Source: Eledone cirrhosa (lineage: Eukaryota). Taken from it: a stretch of DNA of 64,000 nucleotides. Shown here piece after piece: positions 40,701 to 56,200 of this stretch. The position numbers and the translations under genes are program-made. The number at the start of each line of letters is the position of its first letter. Within the stretch, counting starts at the first letter, position 1. The stretch spans positions 42,780,001 through 42,844,000 of the forward strand of contig OZ024750.1 of the NCBI GenBank assembly GCA_964016885.1. Direction: 5' to 3'. The notes beneath the pieces are model-generated. The model saw only the letters and a list, made by a program, of their open reading frames with translations, had not been told where the DNA came from and did not search any database.

Positions 40701-43700
40701 TCACCACCACAGTTGTCATCATCATTGTCATTGTCACCACCACAGTTGTCATCATCATCGTCACTGTCACCATCACAGTTGTCATCATCATTGTCACTGT
40801 CACCACCACAGTTGTCATCATCATTGTCATTGTCACCACCACAGTTGTCATCATCATTGTTATTGTCACCACCACAGTTGTCATCATCATTGTCATTGTC
40901 ACCACCACAGTTGTCATCATCATTGTCATTGTCACCACCACAGTTGTCATCATCATTGTCACTGTCACCACCACAGTTGTCATCATCATTGTCATTGTCA
41001 CCACCACAGTTGTCATCATCATTGTTATTGTCACCACCACAGTTGTCATCATCATCGTCATTGTCACCACCACAGTTGTCATCATCATCGTCATTGTCAC
41101 CACCACAGTTGTCATCATCATTGTCACTGTCACCAACACAGTAGTCATCATCATCGTCATTGTCACCACCACAGTTGTCATCATCATTGTCATTGTCACC
41201 ACCACAGTTGTCATCATCATTGTCGCTGTCACCACCACAGTTGTCATCATCATTGTCATTGTCACCACCACAGTTGTCATCATCATTGTTATTGTCACCA
41301 CCACAGTTGTCATCATACTTGTCATTGTCATCACCACAGTTGTCATCATCATTGTCATTGTCACCACCACAGTTGTCATCATCATTGTCATTGTCACCAC
41401 CACAGTTGTCATCATCATTGTTATTGTCACCACCTCAGTTGTCATCATCATTGTCACTGTCACCACCACAGTTGTCATCATCATCGTCATTGTCACCACC
41501 ACAGTTGTCATCATCATCGTCATTGTCACCACCACAGTTGTCATCATCATTGTCACTGTCACCAACACAGTTGTCATCATCATCGTCATTGTCACCACCA
41601 CAGTTGTCATCATCATTGTCATTGTCACCACCACAGTTGTCATCATCATTGTCGCTGTCACCACCACGGTTGTCATCATCATTGTCATTGTCACCACCAC
41701 AGTTGTCATCATCATTGTTATTGTCACCACCACAGTTGTCATCATCATTGTCATTGTCATCACCACAGTTGTCATCATCATTGTCATTGTCACCACCACA
41801 GTTGTCATCATCATTTTCACTGTCACCACCACAGTTGTCATCATCATTGTCAATGTCACCACCACAGTTGTCACCATCACAGTTGTCATCATCATTGTCA
41901 TTGTCACCACCACAGTTGTCACCATCACAGTTGTCATCATCATTGTCATTGTCACCACCACAGTTGTCACCATCACAGTTGTCATCATCATTGTCATTGT
42001 CACCACCACAGTTGTCACCATCACAGTTGTCATCATCATTGTCATTGTCACCACCACAGTTGTCACCATCACAGTTGTCATCATCATTGTCATTGTCACC
42101 ACCACAGTTGTCACCATCACAGTTGTCATCATCATTGTCATTGTCACCACCACAGTTGTCACCATCACAGTTGTCACCATCACAGTTGTCATCATCATTG
42201 TCATTGTCACCACCACAGTTGTCACCATCACAGTTGTCATCATCATTGTCACTGTCACCACCACAGTTGTCATCATCATTGTCATTGTCAACACCACAGT
42301 TGTCATCATCATTGTCACCACCACAGCTGTCATCATCATTGTCATTGTCACCACCACAGTTGTCACCATCATTGTCACTGTCACCACCACAGTTGTCATC
42401 ATCATTATCATTGTCACCACCACAGTTGTCATCATCATTGTCACTGTCACCACCACAGTTGTCATCATCATTGTCACTGTCACCACCACAGTTGTCATCA
42501 TCATTGTCATTGTCATCACCACAGTTGTCATCATCATTGTCACTGTCACCACCACAGTTGTCATCATCATTGTCATTGTCACCACCACAGTTGTCATCAT
42601 CATAGTCACCACCACAGCTGTCATCATCATTGTCATTGTCACCACCACAGTTGTCATCATCATTGTCACTGTCACCACCACAGTTGTCATCATCATTGTC
42701 ACTGTCACCACCACAGTTGTCATCATCATTGTCACTGTCACCACCACAGTTGTCATCATCATTGTCACTGTCACCACCACAGTTGTCATCATCATTGTCA
42801 TTGTCATCACCACAGTTGTCATCATCATTGTCACTGTCAGCACCACAGTTGTCATCATCATTGTCATTGTCACCACCACAGTTGTCATCATCATTGTCAT
42901 TGTCATCACCACAGTTATCATCATCATTGTCATTGTCACCACCACAGTTGTCATCATCATTGTCATTGTCACCACCACAGTTGTCATCTCTGTTGTCACT
43001 GTCACCACCACAGTTGTCACCATCATTGTCATTGTCACCACGACAGTTGTCATCATTATTGTCATTGTCACCACCACAGTTGTCATCATCATTGTCATTG
43101 TCACTACCACAGTTGTCATCATCATCTTCACTGTCAGCACCACAGTTGTCATCATCATTGTCATTGTCACTACCACAGTTGTCATCATCATTGTCATTGT
43201 CACCACCACAGTTGTCATCATCATTGTCACTGTCACCACCACAGTTGTCATCATCATTGTCATTGTCACCACCACAGTTGTCATCATCATTGTCACTGTC
43301 ACCAACACAGTTGTCATCATCATTGTCACTGTCACCAACAAAGTTGTCATCATCATTGTCACTGTCACCACCACAGTTGTCATCATCATTGTCATTGTCA
43401 CCACCACAGTTGTCATCATCATTGTCATTGTCATCACCACAGTTGTCATCATCATTGTCATTGTCACCACCACAGTTGTCATCATCATTGTCACTGTCAC
43501 CAGCACAGTTGTCATCATCATCATCATTGTCACCAACACAGTTGTCATCATCATCGTCATTGTCACCACCACAGTTGTCATCATCATTGTCATTATCACC
43601 ACCACAGTTGTCATCATCATCGTCATTGTCACCACCACAGTTGTCATCATCATTGTCTTTGTCACCACCACAGTTGTCATCATCATTGTCATTGTCACCA

Positions 43701-46700
43701 CCACAGTTGTTATCATCATCGTCATTGTCACCACCACAGTTGTCATCATCATTGTCTTTGTCACCACCACAGTTGTCATCATCATCGTCATTGTCACCAC
43801 CACAGTTGTCATCATCATTGTCATTGTCACCACCACAGTTGTCATCATCATTGTCACTGTCACCACCACAGTTGTCACCATCACAGTTGTCATCATCATT
43901 GTCACTGTCACCACCACAGTTGTCACCATCACAGTTGTCATCATCATTGTCTTTGTCACCACCACAGTTGTCATCATCATTGTCATTGTCTCCACCACAG
44001 TTGTCATCATCATCGTCATTGTCACCACCACAGTTGTCATCATCATTGTCATTGTCACCACCACAGTTGTCATCATCATTGTCTTTGTCACCACCACAGT
44101 TGTCATCATCATTGTCATTGTCACCACCACAGTTGTCATCATCATTGTCTTTGTCACCACCACAGTTGTCATCATCTTTGTCATTGTCTCCACCACAGTT
44201 GTCATCATCATCGTCATTGTCACCACCACAGTTGTCATCATCATTGTCATTGTCACCACCACAGTTGTCATCATCATTGTCATTGTCACCACCACAGTTG
44301 TCATCATCATCGTCATTGTCACCACCACAGTTGTCATCATCATTGTCACTGTCACCACCACAGTTGTCATCATCATCATCATTGTCACCACCACAGTTGT
44401 CATCATCATTGTCATTGTCACCACCACAGTTGTCATCATCATCGTCATTGTCACCACCACAGTTGTCATCATCATCGTCATTGTCACCACCACAGTTGTC
44501 ATCATCATTGTCACTGTCACCACCACAGTTGCATCATCATCATCATTGTCACCACCACAGTTGTCATCATCATTGTCATTGTCACCACCACAGTTGTCAT
44601 CATCATCGTCATTGTCACCACCATAGTTGTCATCATCATTGTCACTGTCACCACCACAGTTGTCATCATCATTGTCATTGTCACCACCACAGTTGTCATC
44701 ATCATTGTCATTGTCACCACCACAATTGTCATCATCATTGTCACTGTCACCACCACAGTTGTCATCATCATTGTCATTGTCACCACCACAGTTGTCATCA
44801 TCATTGTCATTGTCACCACCACAGTTGTCATCATCATCGTCATTGTCACCACCACAGTTGTCATCATCATTGTCATTGTCACCACCACAGTTGTCATCAT
44901 CATCGTCATTGTCACCACCACAGTTGTCATCATCAATGTCATTGTCACCACCACAGTTGTCACCATCATTGTCATTGTCACCACCACAGTTGTCATCATC
45001 ATTGTCACTGTCACCATCACAGTTGTCATCATCATTGTCACTGTCACCACCACAGTTGTCATCATCATTGTCATTGTCACCACCACAGTTGTCATCATCA
45101 TTGTCACTGTCACCACCACAGTTGTCATCATCATTGTCATTGTCATCACCACAGTTGTCATCATCATTGTCACTGTCATCACCACAGTTGTCATCATCAT
45201 TGTCACTGTCACCACCACAGCTGTCATCATCATTGTCACTGTCATCACCACAGTTGTCATCATCATTGTCACTGTCACCACCACAGTTGTCATCATCATT
45301 GTCATTGTCACCACCACAGTTGTCATCATCATTGTCATTGTCACCACCACAGTTGTCATCATCATTGTCATTGTCACCACCACAGTTGTCATCATCATTT
45401 TCATTGTCATCACCACAGTTGTCATCATCATTGTCACTGTCACCACCACAGTTGTCATCATCATTGTCATTGTCACCACCACAGTTGTCACCATCATTGT
45501 CATTGTCACCACCACAGCTGTCATCATCATTGTCATTGTCACCACCACAGTTGTCATCGTCATTGTCATTGTCATCACCACAGTTGTCATCATCATTGTC
45601 ATTGTCATCACCACAGTTGTCATCATCATCGTCATTGTCATCACCACAGTTGTCATCATCATTGTCATTGTCACCACCACAGTTGTCACCATCATTGTCA
45701 TTGTCACCACGACAGTTGTCACCACCACAGCTGTCATCATCATTGTCATTGTCACCACCACAGCTGTCATCATCATTGTCATTGTCACCACCACAGTTGT
45801 CATCATCATTGTCATTGTCACTACCACAGTTGTCATCATCATCTTCACTGTCAGCACCACAGTTGTCATCAGCATTGTCATTGTCACTACCACAGTTGTC
45901 ATCATCATTGTCATTGTCACCACCACAGTTGTCATCTTCATTGTCACTGTCACCACCACAGTTGTCATCATCATTGTCATTGTCACCACCACAGTTGTCA
46001 TCATCATTGTCATTGTCATCACCACAGTTGTCATCATCATTGTCACTGTCACCAACACAGTTGTCATCATCATTGTCACTGTCACCAACACAGTTGTCAT
46101 CATCATTGTCACTGTCACCACCACAGTTGTCATCATCATTGTCATTGTCACCACCACAGTTGTCATCATCATTGTCATTGTCATCACCACAGTTGTCATC
46201 ATCATTGTCACTGTCACCACCACAGTTGTCATCATCATTGTCATTGTCACCACCACAGTTGTCATCATCATTGTCATTGTCACCACCACAGTTGTCATCA
46301 TCATTGTCATTGTCACCACCACAGTTGTCATCATCATTGTCATTGTCACCACCACAGTTGTCATCATCATTGTCATTGTCACCACCACAGTTGTCATCAT
46401 CATTGTCATTGTCACCACCACAGTTGTCATCATCATTATCACTGTCACCACCACAGTTGTCATCATCATTGTCATTGTCACCACCACAGTTGTCATCATC
46501 ATTGTCACTGTCATCACCACAGTTGTCATCGTCATTGTCACTGTCACCACCACAGTTGTCATCATCATTGTCATTGTCAACACCACAGTTGTCATCATCA
46601 TTGTCACCACCACAGCTGTCATCATCATTGTCATTGACACCACCACAGTTGTCACCATCATTGTCACTGTCACCACCACAGTTGTCATCATCATTGTCAT

Positions 46701-49700
46701 TGTCACCACCACAGATGTCATCATCATTGTCACTGTCACCACCACAGTTGTCATCATCATTGTCACTGTCACCACCACAGTTGTCATCATCATTGTCATT
46801 GTCACCACCACAGTTGTCATCATCATTGTCATTGTCATCACCACAGTTGTCATCATCATTGTCACTGTCACCACCACAGTTGTCATCATCATTGTCATTG
46901 TCACCACCACAGTTGTCATCATCATTGTCACCACCACAGCTGTCATCATCATTGTCATTGTCACCACCACAGTTGTCATCATCATTGTCACTGTCACCAC
47001 CACAGTTGTCATCATCATTGTCACTGTCACCACCACAGTTGTCATCATCATTGTCACTGTCACCACCACAGTTGTCATCATCATTGTCACTGTCACCACC
47101 ACAGTTGTCATCATCCTTGTCATTGTCATCACCACAGTTGTCATCATCATTGTCACTGTCACCACCACAGTTGTCATCATCATTGTCATTGTCACCACCA
47201 CAGTTGTCATCATCATTGTCACTGTCACCAACACAGTTGTCATCATCATTGTCATTGTCACCACCACAGTTGTCATCATCATTATCATTGTCACCACCAC
47301 AGTTGTCATCATCATTGTCACTGTCACCACCACAGTTGTCATCATCATTGTCATTGTCACCACCACAGTTGTCACCATCATTGTCATTTTCACCAACACA
47401 GTTGTCATCATCATTGTCATTGTCATCACCAGAGTTGTCATCATCATTGTCATTGTCATCACCACAGTTGTCACCACCACAGTTGTCACCATAATTGTCA
47501 TTGTCACCACCACAGTTGTCACCACCACAGTTGTCATCATCATTGTCACTGTCACCATCACAGTTGTCATCATCATTGTCATTGTCACCACCACAGTTGT
47601 CATCATCATTGTCACTGTCATCACCACAGTTGTCATCATCATTGTCATTGTCACCACCACAGTTGTTATCATCATTGTCACTGTCACCACCACAGTTGTC
47701 ATCATCATTGTCATTGTCATCACCACAGTTGTCATCATCATTGTCATTGTCACCACCACAGTTGTCATCATCATTGTCATTGTCACCACCACAGTTGTCA
47801 TCATCATTGTCATTGTCATCACCACAGTTGTCATCATCATTGTCATTGTCACCACCACAGTTGTCATCATCATTGCCATTGTCACCACCACAGTTGTCAT
47901 CATCATTGTCATTGTCACCACCACAGTTGTCATCATCATTGTCACTGTCATCACCACAGTTGTCATCATCATTGTCATTGTCACCACCACAGTTGTCATC
48001 ATGATTGTCACTGTCACCACCACAGTTGTCATCATCATCGTCATTGTCACCACCACAGTTGTCATCATCATCGTCATTGTCACCACCACAGTTGTCATCA
48101 TCATTGTCACTGTCACCAACACAGTTGTCATCATCATCGTCATTGTCACCACCACAGTTGTCATCATCATTGTCATTGTCACCACCACAGTTGTAATCAT
48201 CATCGTCATTGTCACCACCACAGTTGTCATCATCATTGTTATTGTCACCACCACAGTTGTCATCTTCATTGTCATTGTCACCACCACAGTTGTAATCATC
48301 ATCGTCATTGTCACCACCACAGTTGTCATCATCATTGTCATTGTCACCACCACAGTTGTAATCATCATCGTCATTGTCACCACCACAGTTGTCATCATCA
48401 TTGTTATTGTCATCACCACAGTTGTCATCATCATTGTCATTGTCACCACCACAGTTGTCATCATCATTGTCATTGTCACCACCACAGTTGTCATCATCAT
48501 TGTCACTGTCACCACCACAGTTGTCATCATCATTGTCATTGTTACCACCACAGTTGTCATCATCATTGTTATTGTCACCACCACAGTTGTCATCATCATT
48601 GTCACTACCACAGTTGTCATCATCATCGTCATTGTCACCACCACAGTTGTCATCATCATCGTCATTGTCACCACCACAGTTGTCATCATCATTGTCACTG
48701 TCACCAACACAGTTGTCATCATCATCGTCATTGTCACCACCACAGTTGTCATCATCATCGTCACTGTCACCATCACAGTTGTCATCATCATTGTCACTGT
48801 CACCACCACAGTTGTCATCATCATTGTCATTGTCACCACCACAGTTGTCATCATCATTGTTATTGTCACCACCACAGTTGTCATCATCATTGTCATTGTC
48901 ACCACCACAGTTGTCATCATCATTGTCATTGTCACCACCACAGTTGTCATCATCATTGTCACTGTCACCACCACAGTTGTCATCATCATTGTCATTGTCA
49001 CCACCACAGTTGTCATCATCATTGTTATTGTCACCACCACAGTTGTCATCATCATCGTCATTGTCACCACCACAGTTGTCATCATCATCGTCATTGTCAC
49101 CACCACAGTTGTCATCATCATTGTCACTGTCACCAACACAGTAGTCATCATCATCGTCATTGTCACCACCACAGTTGTCATCATCATTGTCATTGTCACC
49201 ACCACAGTTGTCATCATCATTGTCGCTGTCACCACCACAGTTGTCATCATCATTGTCATTGTCACCACCACAGTTGTCATCATCATTGTTATTGTCACCA
49301 CCACAGTTGTCATCATACTTGTCATTGTCATCACCACAGTTGTCATCATCATTGTCATTGTCACCACCACAGTTGTCATCATCATTGTCATTGTCACCAC
49401 CACAGTTGTCATCATCATTGTTATTGTCACCACCTCAGTTGTCATCATCATTGTCACTGTCACCACCACAGTTGTCATCATCATCGTCATTGTCACCACC
49501 ACAGTTGTCATCATCATCGTCATTGTCACCACCACAGTTGTCATCATCATTGTCACTGTCACCAACACAGTTGTCATCATCATCGTCATTGTCACCACCA
49601 CAGTTGTCATCATCATTGTCATTGTCACCACCACAGTTGTCATCATCATTGTCGCTGTCACCACCACGGTTGTCATCATCATTGTCATTGTCACCACCAC

Positions 49701-50240
49701 AGTTGTCATCATCATTGTTATTGTCACCACCACAGTTGTCATCATCATTGTCATTGTCATCACCACAGTTGTCATCATCATTGTCATTGTCACCACCACA
49801 GTTGTCATCATCATTTTCACTGTCACCACCACAGTTGTCATCATCATTGTCAATGTCACCACCACAGTTGTCACCATCACAGTTGTCATCATCATTGTCA
49901 TTGTCACCACCACAGTTGTCACCATCACAGTTGTCATCATCATTGTCATTGTCACCACCACAGTTGTCACCATCACAGTTGTCATCATCATTGTCATTGT
50001 CACCACCACAGTTGTCACCATCACAGTTGTCATCATCATTGTCATTGTCACCACCACAGTTGTCACCATCACAGTTGTCATCATCATTGTCATTGTCACC
50101 ACCACAGTTGTCACCATCACAGTTGTCATCATCATTGTCATTGTCACCACCACAGTTGTCACCATCACAGTTGTCACCATCACAGTTGTCATCATCATTG
50201 TCATTGTCACCACCACAGTTGTCACCATCACAGTTGTCAT
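33960..50240. repeat. ~8.3-kb tandem higher-order duplication within the satellite (boundaries approximate)
   Basis: Diagnostic variants recur at offsets 8282 (34348/42630), 8330 (36297/44627, 39165/47495, 40044/48374) and 8000 (41160/49160), consistent with a +48 bp and a -330 bp (10 monomer) indel between copies. Confidence 0.9.
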
Positions 50241-53200
50241 CATCATTGTCATTGTCACCACCACAGTTGTCACCATCACAGTTGTCACCATCACAGTTGT
50301 CATCATCATTGTCATTGTCACCACCACAGTTGTCATCTCTGTTGTCACTGTCACCACCACAGTTGTCATCATCATTGTCACTGTCACCAACACAGTTGTC
50401 ATCATCATTGTCATTGTCACCACCACAGTTGTCATCATCATTGTCATTGTCACCACCACAGTTGTCATCATCATTGTCACTGTCACCACCACAGTTGTCA
50501 TCATCATTGTCATTGTCACCACCACAGTTGTCACCATCATTGTCATTGTCACCAACACAGTTGTCATCATCATTGTCATTGTCATCACCACAGTTGTCAT
50601 CATCATTGTCATTGTCACCACCACAGTTGTCATCATCATTGTCATTGTCACCAACACAGTTGTCATCATCATTGTCATTGTCATCACCACAATTGTCATC
50701 ATCATTGTCACTGTCACCACCACAGTTGTCATCATCATTGTCATTGTCACCAACAGAGTTGTCATCTCTGTTGTCACTGTCACCACCACAGTTGTCATCA
50801 TCATTGTCACTGTCACCACCACAGTTGTCATCATCATCGTCATTGTCACCACCACTGTTGTCATCACTGTTGTCATTGTCACCACCACAGTTGTCATCAT
50901 CATTGTCATTGTCATCACCACAGTTGTCACCACCACAGTTGTCACCATCATTGTCATTGTCACCACCACAGTTGTCACCACCACAGTTGTCATCATCATT
51001 GTCACTGTCACCACGACAGTTGTCATCATCATTGTCATTGTCATCACCACAGTTGTCATCATCATTGTCATTGTCACCACCACAGTTGTCATCATCATTG
51101 TCACTGTCACCATCACAGTTGTCATCATCATTGTCATTGTCACCACCACAGTTGTCGTCATCATTGTCATTGTCACCACCACAGTTGTCATCATCATTGT
51201 CACTGTCATCACCACAGTTGTCATCATCATTGTCATTGTCATCACCACAGTTGTCATCATCATTGTCATTGTCACCACCACAGTTGTCATCATCATTGTC
51301 ACTGTCACCACCACAGTTGTCATCATCATTGTCATTGTCATCACCACAGTTGTCATCATCATTGTCATTGTCACCACCACAGTTGTCATCATCATTGTCA
51401 TTGTCACCACCACAGTTGTCATCATCATTGTCATTGTCATCACCACAGTTGTCATCATCATTGTCATTGTCACCACCACAGTTGTCATCATCATTGCCAT
51501 TGTCACCACCACAGTTGTCATCATCATTGTCATTGTCACCACCACAGTTGTCATCATCATTGTCACTGTCATCACCACAGTTGTCATCATCATTGTCATT
51601 GTCACCACCACAGTTGTCATCATCATTGTCACTGTCACCACCACAGTTGTCATCATCATCGTCATTGTCACCACCACAGTTGTCATCATCATTGTCATTG
51701 TCACCACCACAGTTGTCATCATCATCGTCATTGTCACCACCACAGTTGTCATCATCATTGTCATTGTCACCAACACAGTTGTCATCATCATCGTCATTGT
51801 CACCACCACAGTTGTCATCATCATTGTCATTGTCACCACCACAGTTGTCATCATCATCGTCATTGTCACCACCACAGTTGTCATCATCATTGTCATTGTC
51901 ACCACCACAGTTGTCATCATCATTGTTATTGTCACCACCACAGTTGTCATCATCATTGTCATTGTCACCACCACAGTTGTCATCATCATTGTTATTGTCA
52001 CCACCACAGTTGTCATCATCATTGTCATTGTCACCACCACAGTTGTCATCATCATTGTCATTGTCACCACCACAGTTGTCATCATCATTGTCACTGTCAC
52101 CACCACAGTTGTCATCATCATTGTCATTGTCACCACCACAGTTGTCATCATCATTGTTATTGTCACCACCACAGTTGTCATCATCATTGTCACTGTCACC
52201 ACCACAGTTGTCATCATCATCGTCATTGTCACCACCACAGTTGTCATCATCATCGTCATTGTCACCACCACAGTTGTCATCATCATTGTCACTGTCACCA
52301 ACACAGTTGTCATCATCATCGTCATTGTCACCACCACAGTTGTCATCATCATTGTTATTGTCACCACCACAGTTGTCATCATCATTGTCATTGTCACCAC
52401 CACAGTTGTCATCATCATTGTTATTGTCACCACCACAGTTGTCATCATCATTGTCATTGTCACCACCACAGTTGTCATCATCATTGTCATTGTCACCACC
52501 ACAGTTGTCATCATCATTGTCACTGTCACCATCACAGTTGTCATCATCATTGTCACTGTCACCACCACAGTTGTCATCATCATTGTCATTGTCACCACCA
52601 CAGTTGTCATCATCATTGTCATTGTCACCACCACAGTTGTCATCATCATTGTCATTGTCACCACCACAGTTGTCATCATCATTGTCACTGTCACCACCAC
52701 AGTTGTCATCATCATTGTCATTGTCACCACCACAGTTGTCATCATCATTGTTATTGTCACCACCACAGTTGTCATCATCATCGTCATTGTCACCACCACA
52801 GTTGTCATCATCATCGTCATTGTCACCACCACAGTTGTCATCATCATTGTCACTGTCACCAACACAGTTGTCATCATCATCGTCATTGTCACCACCACAG
52901 TTGTCATCATCATTGTCATTGTCACCACCACAGTTGTCATCATCATTGTCGCTGTCACCACCACAGTTGTCATCATCATTGTCATTGTCACCACCACAGT
53001 TGTCATCATCATTGTTATTGTCACCACCATAGTTGTCATCATCATTGTCATTGTGATCACCACAGTTGTTATCATCATTGTCATTGTCACCACCACAGTT
53101 GTCATCATCATTTTCACTGTCACCACCACAGTTGTCATCATCATTGTCACTGTCACCACCACAGTTGTCACCATCACAGTTGTCATCATCATTGTCATTG

Positions 53201-56200
53201 TCACCACCACAGTTGTCACCATCACAGTTGTCATCATCATTGTCATTGTCACCACCACAGTTGTCACCATCACAGTTGTCATCATCATTGTCATTGTCAC
53301 CACCACAGTTGTCATCATCATTGTCATTGTCACCACCACAGTTGTCATCATCATTGTCACTGTCACCACCACAGTTGTCATCATCATTGTCATTGTCACC
53401 ACCACAGTTGTCATCATCATTGTTATTGTCACCACCACAGTTGTCATCATCATCGTCATTGTCACCACCACAGTTGTCATCATCATCGTCATTGTCACCA
53501 CCACAGTTGTCATCATCATTGTCACTGTCACCAACACAGTTGTCATCATCATCGTCATTGTCACCACCACAGTTGTCATCATCATTGTCATTGTCACCAC
53601 CACAGTTGTCATCATCATTGTCGCTGTCACCACCACAGTTGTCATCATCATTGTCATTGTCACCACCACAGTTGTCATCATCATTGTTATTGTCACCACC
53701 ATAGTTGTCATCATCATTGTCATTGTCATCACCACAGTTGTTATCATCATTGTCATTGTCACCACCACAGTTGTCATCATCATTTTCACTGTCACCACCA
53801 CAGTTGTCATCATCATTGTCACTGTCACCACCACAGTTGTCACCATCACAGTTGTCATCATCATTGTCATTGTCACCACCACATTTGTCACCATCACAGT
53901 TGTCATCATCATTGTCATTGTCACCACCACAGTTGTCACCATCACAGTTGTCATCATCATTGTCATTGTCACCACCACAGTTGTCACAATCACAGTTGTC
54001 ATCATCATTGTCATTGTCACCACCACAGTTGTCACCATCACAGTTGTCATCATCATTGTCACTGTCACCACCACAGTTGTCATCATCATTGTCATTGTCA
54101 CCACCACAGTTGTCATCATCATTGTTATTGTCACCACCACAGTTGTCATCATCATTGTCACTGTCACCACCACAGTTGTCATCATCATCGTCATTGTCAC
54201 CACCACAGTTGTCATCATCATCGTCATTGTCACCACCACAGTTGTCATCATCATTGTCACTGTCACCAACACAGTTGTCATCATCATCGTCATTGTCACC
54301 ACCACAGTTGTCATCATCATTGTCATTGTCACCACCACAGTTGTCATCATCATTGTCGCTGTCACCACCACAGTTGTCATCATCATTGTCATTGTCACCA
54401 CCACAGTTGTCATCATCATTGTCATTGTCACCACCACAGTTGTCATCATCATTGTCACTGTCACCACCACAGTTGTCATCATCATTGTCATTGTCACCAC
54501 CACAGTTGTCATCATCATTGTTATTGTCACCACCACAGTTGTCATCATCATCGTCATTGTCACCACCACAGTTGTCATCATCATCGTCATTGTCACCACC
54601 ACAGTTGTCATCATCATTGTCACTGTCACCAACACAGTTGTCATCATCATCGTCATTGTCACCACCACAGTTGTCATCATCATTGTCATTGTCACCACCA
54701 CAGTTGTCATCATCATTGTCGCTGTCACCACCACAGTTGTCATCATCATTGTCATTGTCACCACCACAGTTGTCATCATCATTGTTATTGTCACCACCAT
54801 AGTTGTCATCATCATTGTCATTGTCATCACCACAGTTGTTATCATCATTGTCATTGTCACCACCACAGTTGTCATCATCATTTTCACTGTCACCACCACA
54901 GTTGTCATCATCATTGTCATTGTCACCACCACAGTTGTCACCATCACAGTTGTCATCATCATTGTCATTGTCACCACCACAGTTGTCACAATCACAGTTG
55001 TCATCATCATTGTCATTGTCACCACCACAGTTGTCACCATCACAGTTGTCATCATCATTGTCACTGTCACCACCACAGTTGTCATCATCATTGTCATTGT
55101 CACCACCACAGTTGTCATCATCATTGTTATTGTCACCACCACAGTTGTCATCATCATTGTTACTGTCACCACCCCAGTTGTCATCATCATCGTCATTGTC
55201 ACCACCACAGTTGTCATCATCATCGTCATTGTCACCACCACAGTTGTCATCATCATTGTCATTGTCACCACCACAGTTGTCATCATCATTGTCACTGTCA
55301 CCACCACAGTTGTCATCATCATTGTCATTGTCACCACCACAGTTGTCATCATCATTGTTATTGTCACCACCACAGTTGTCATCATCATCGTCATTGTCAC
55401 CACCACAGTTGTCATCATCATCGTCATTGTCACCACCACAGTTGTCATCATCATTGTCACTGTCACCAACACAGTTGTCATCATCATCGTCATTGTCACC
55501 ACCACAGTTGTCATCATCATTGTCATTGTCACCACCACAGTTGTCATCATCATTGTCGCTGTCACCACCACAGTTGTCATCATCATTGTCATTGTCACCA
55601 CCACAGTTGTCATCATCATTGTTATTGTCACCACCATAGTTGTCATCATCATTGTCATTGTGATCACCACAGTTGTTATCATCATTGTCATTGTCACCAC
55701 CACAGTTGTCATCATCATTTTCACTGTCACCACCACAGTTGTCATCATCATTGTCACTGTCACCACCACAGTTGTCACCATCACAGTTGTCATCATCATT
55801 GTCATTGTCACCACCACAGTTGTCACCATCACAGTTGTCATCATCATTGTCATTGTCACCACCACAGTTGTCACCATCACAGTTGTCATCATCATTGTCA
55901 TTGTCACCACCACAGTTGTCATCATCATTGTCATTGTCACCACCACAGTTGTCATCATCATTGTCACTGTCACCACCACAGTTGTCATCATCATTGTCAT
56001 TGTCACCACCACAGTTGTCATCATCATTGTTATTGTCACCACCACAGTTGTCATCATCATCGTCATTGTCACCACCACAGTTGTCATCATCATCGTCATT
56101 GTCACCACCACAGTTGTCATCATCATTGTCACTGTCACCAACACAGTTGTCATCATCATCGTCATTGTCACCACCACAGTTGTCATCATCATTGTCATTG

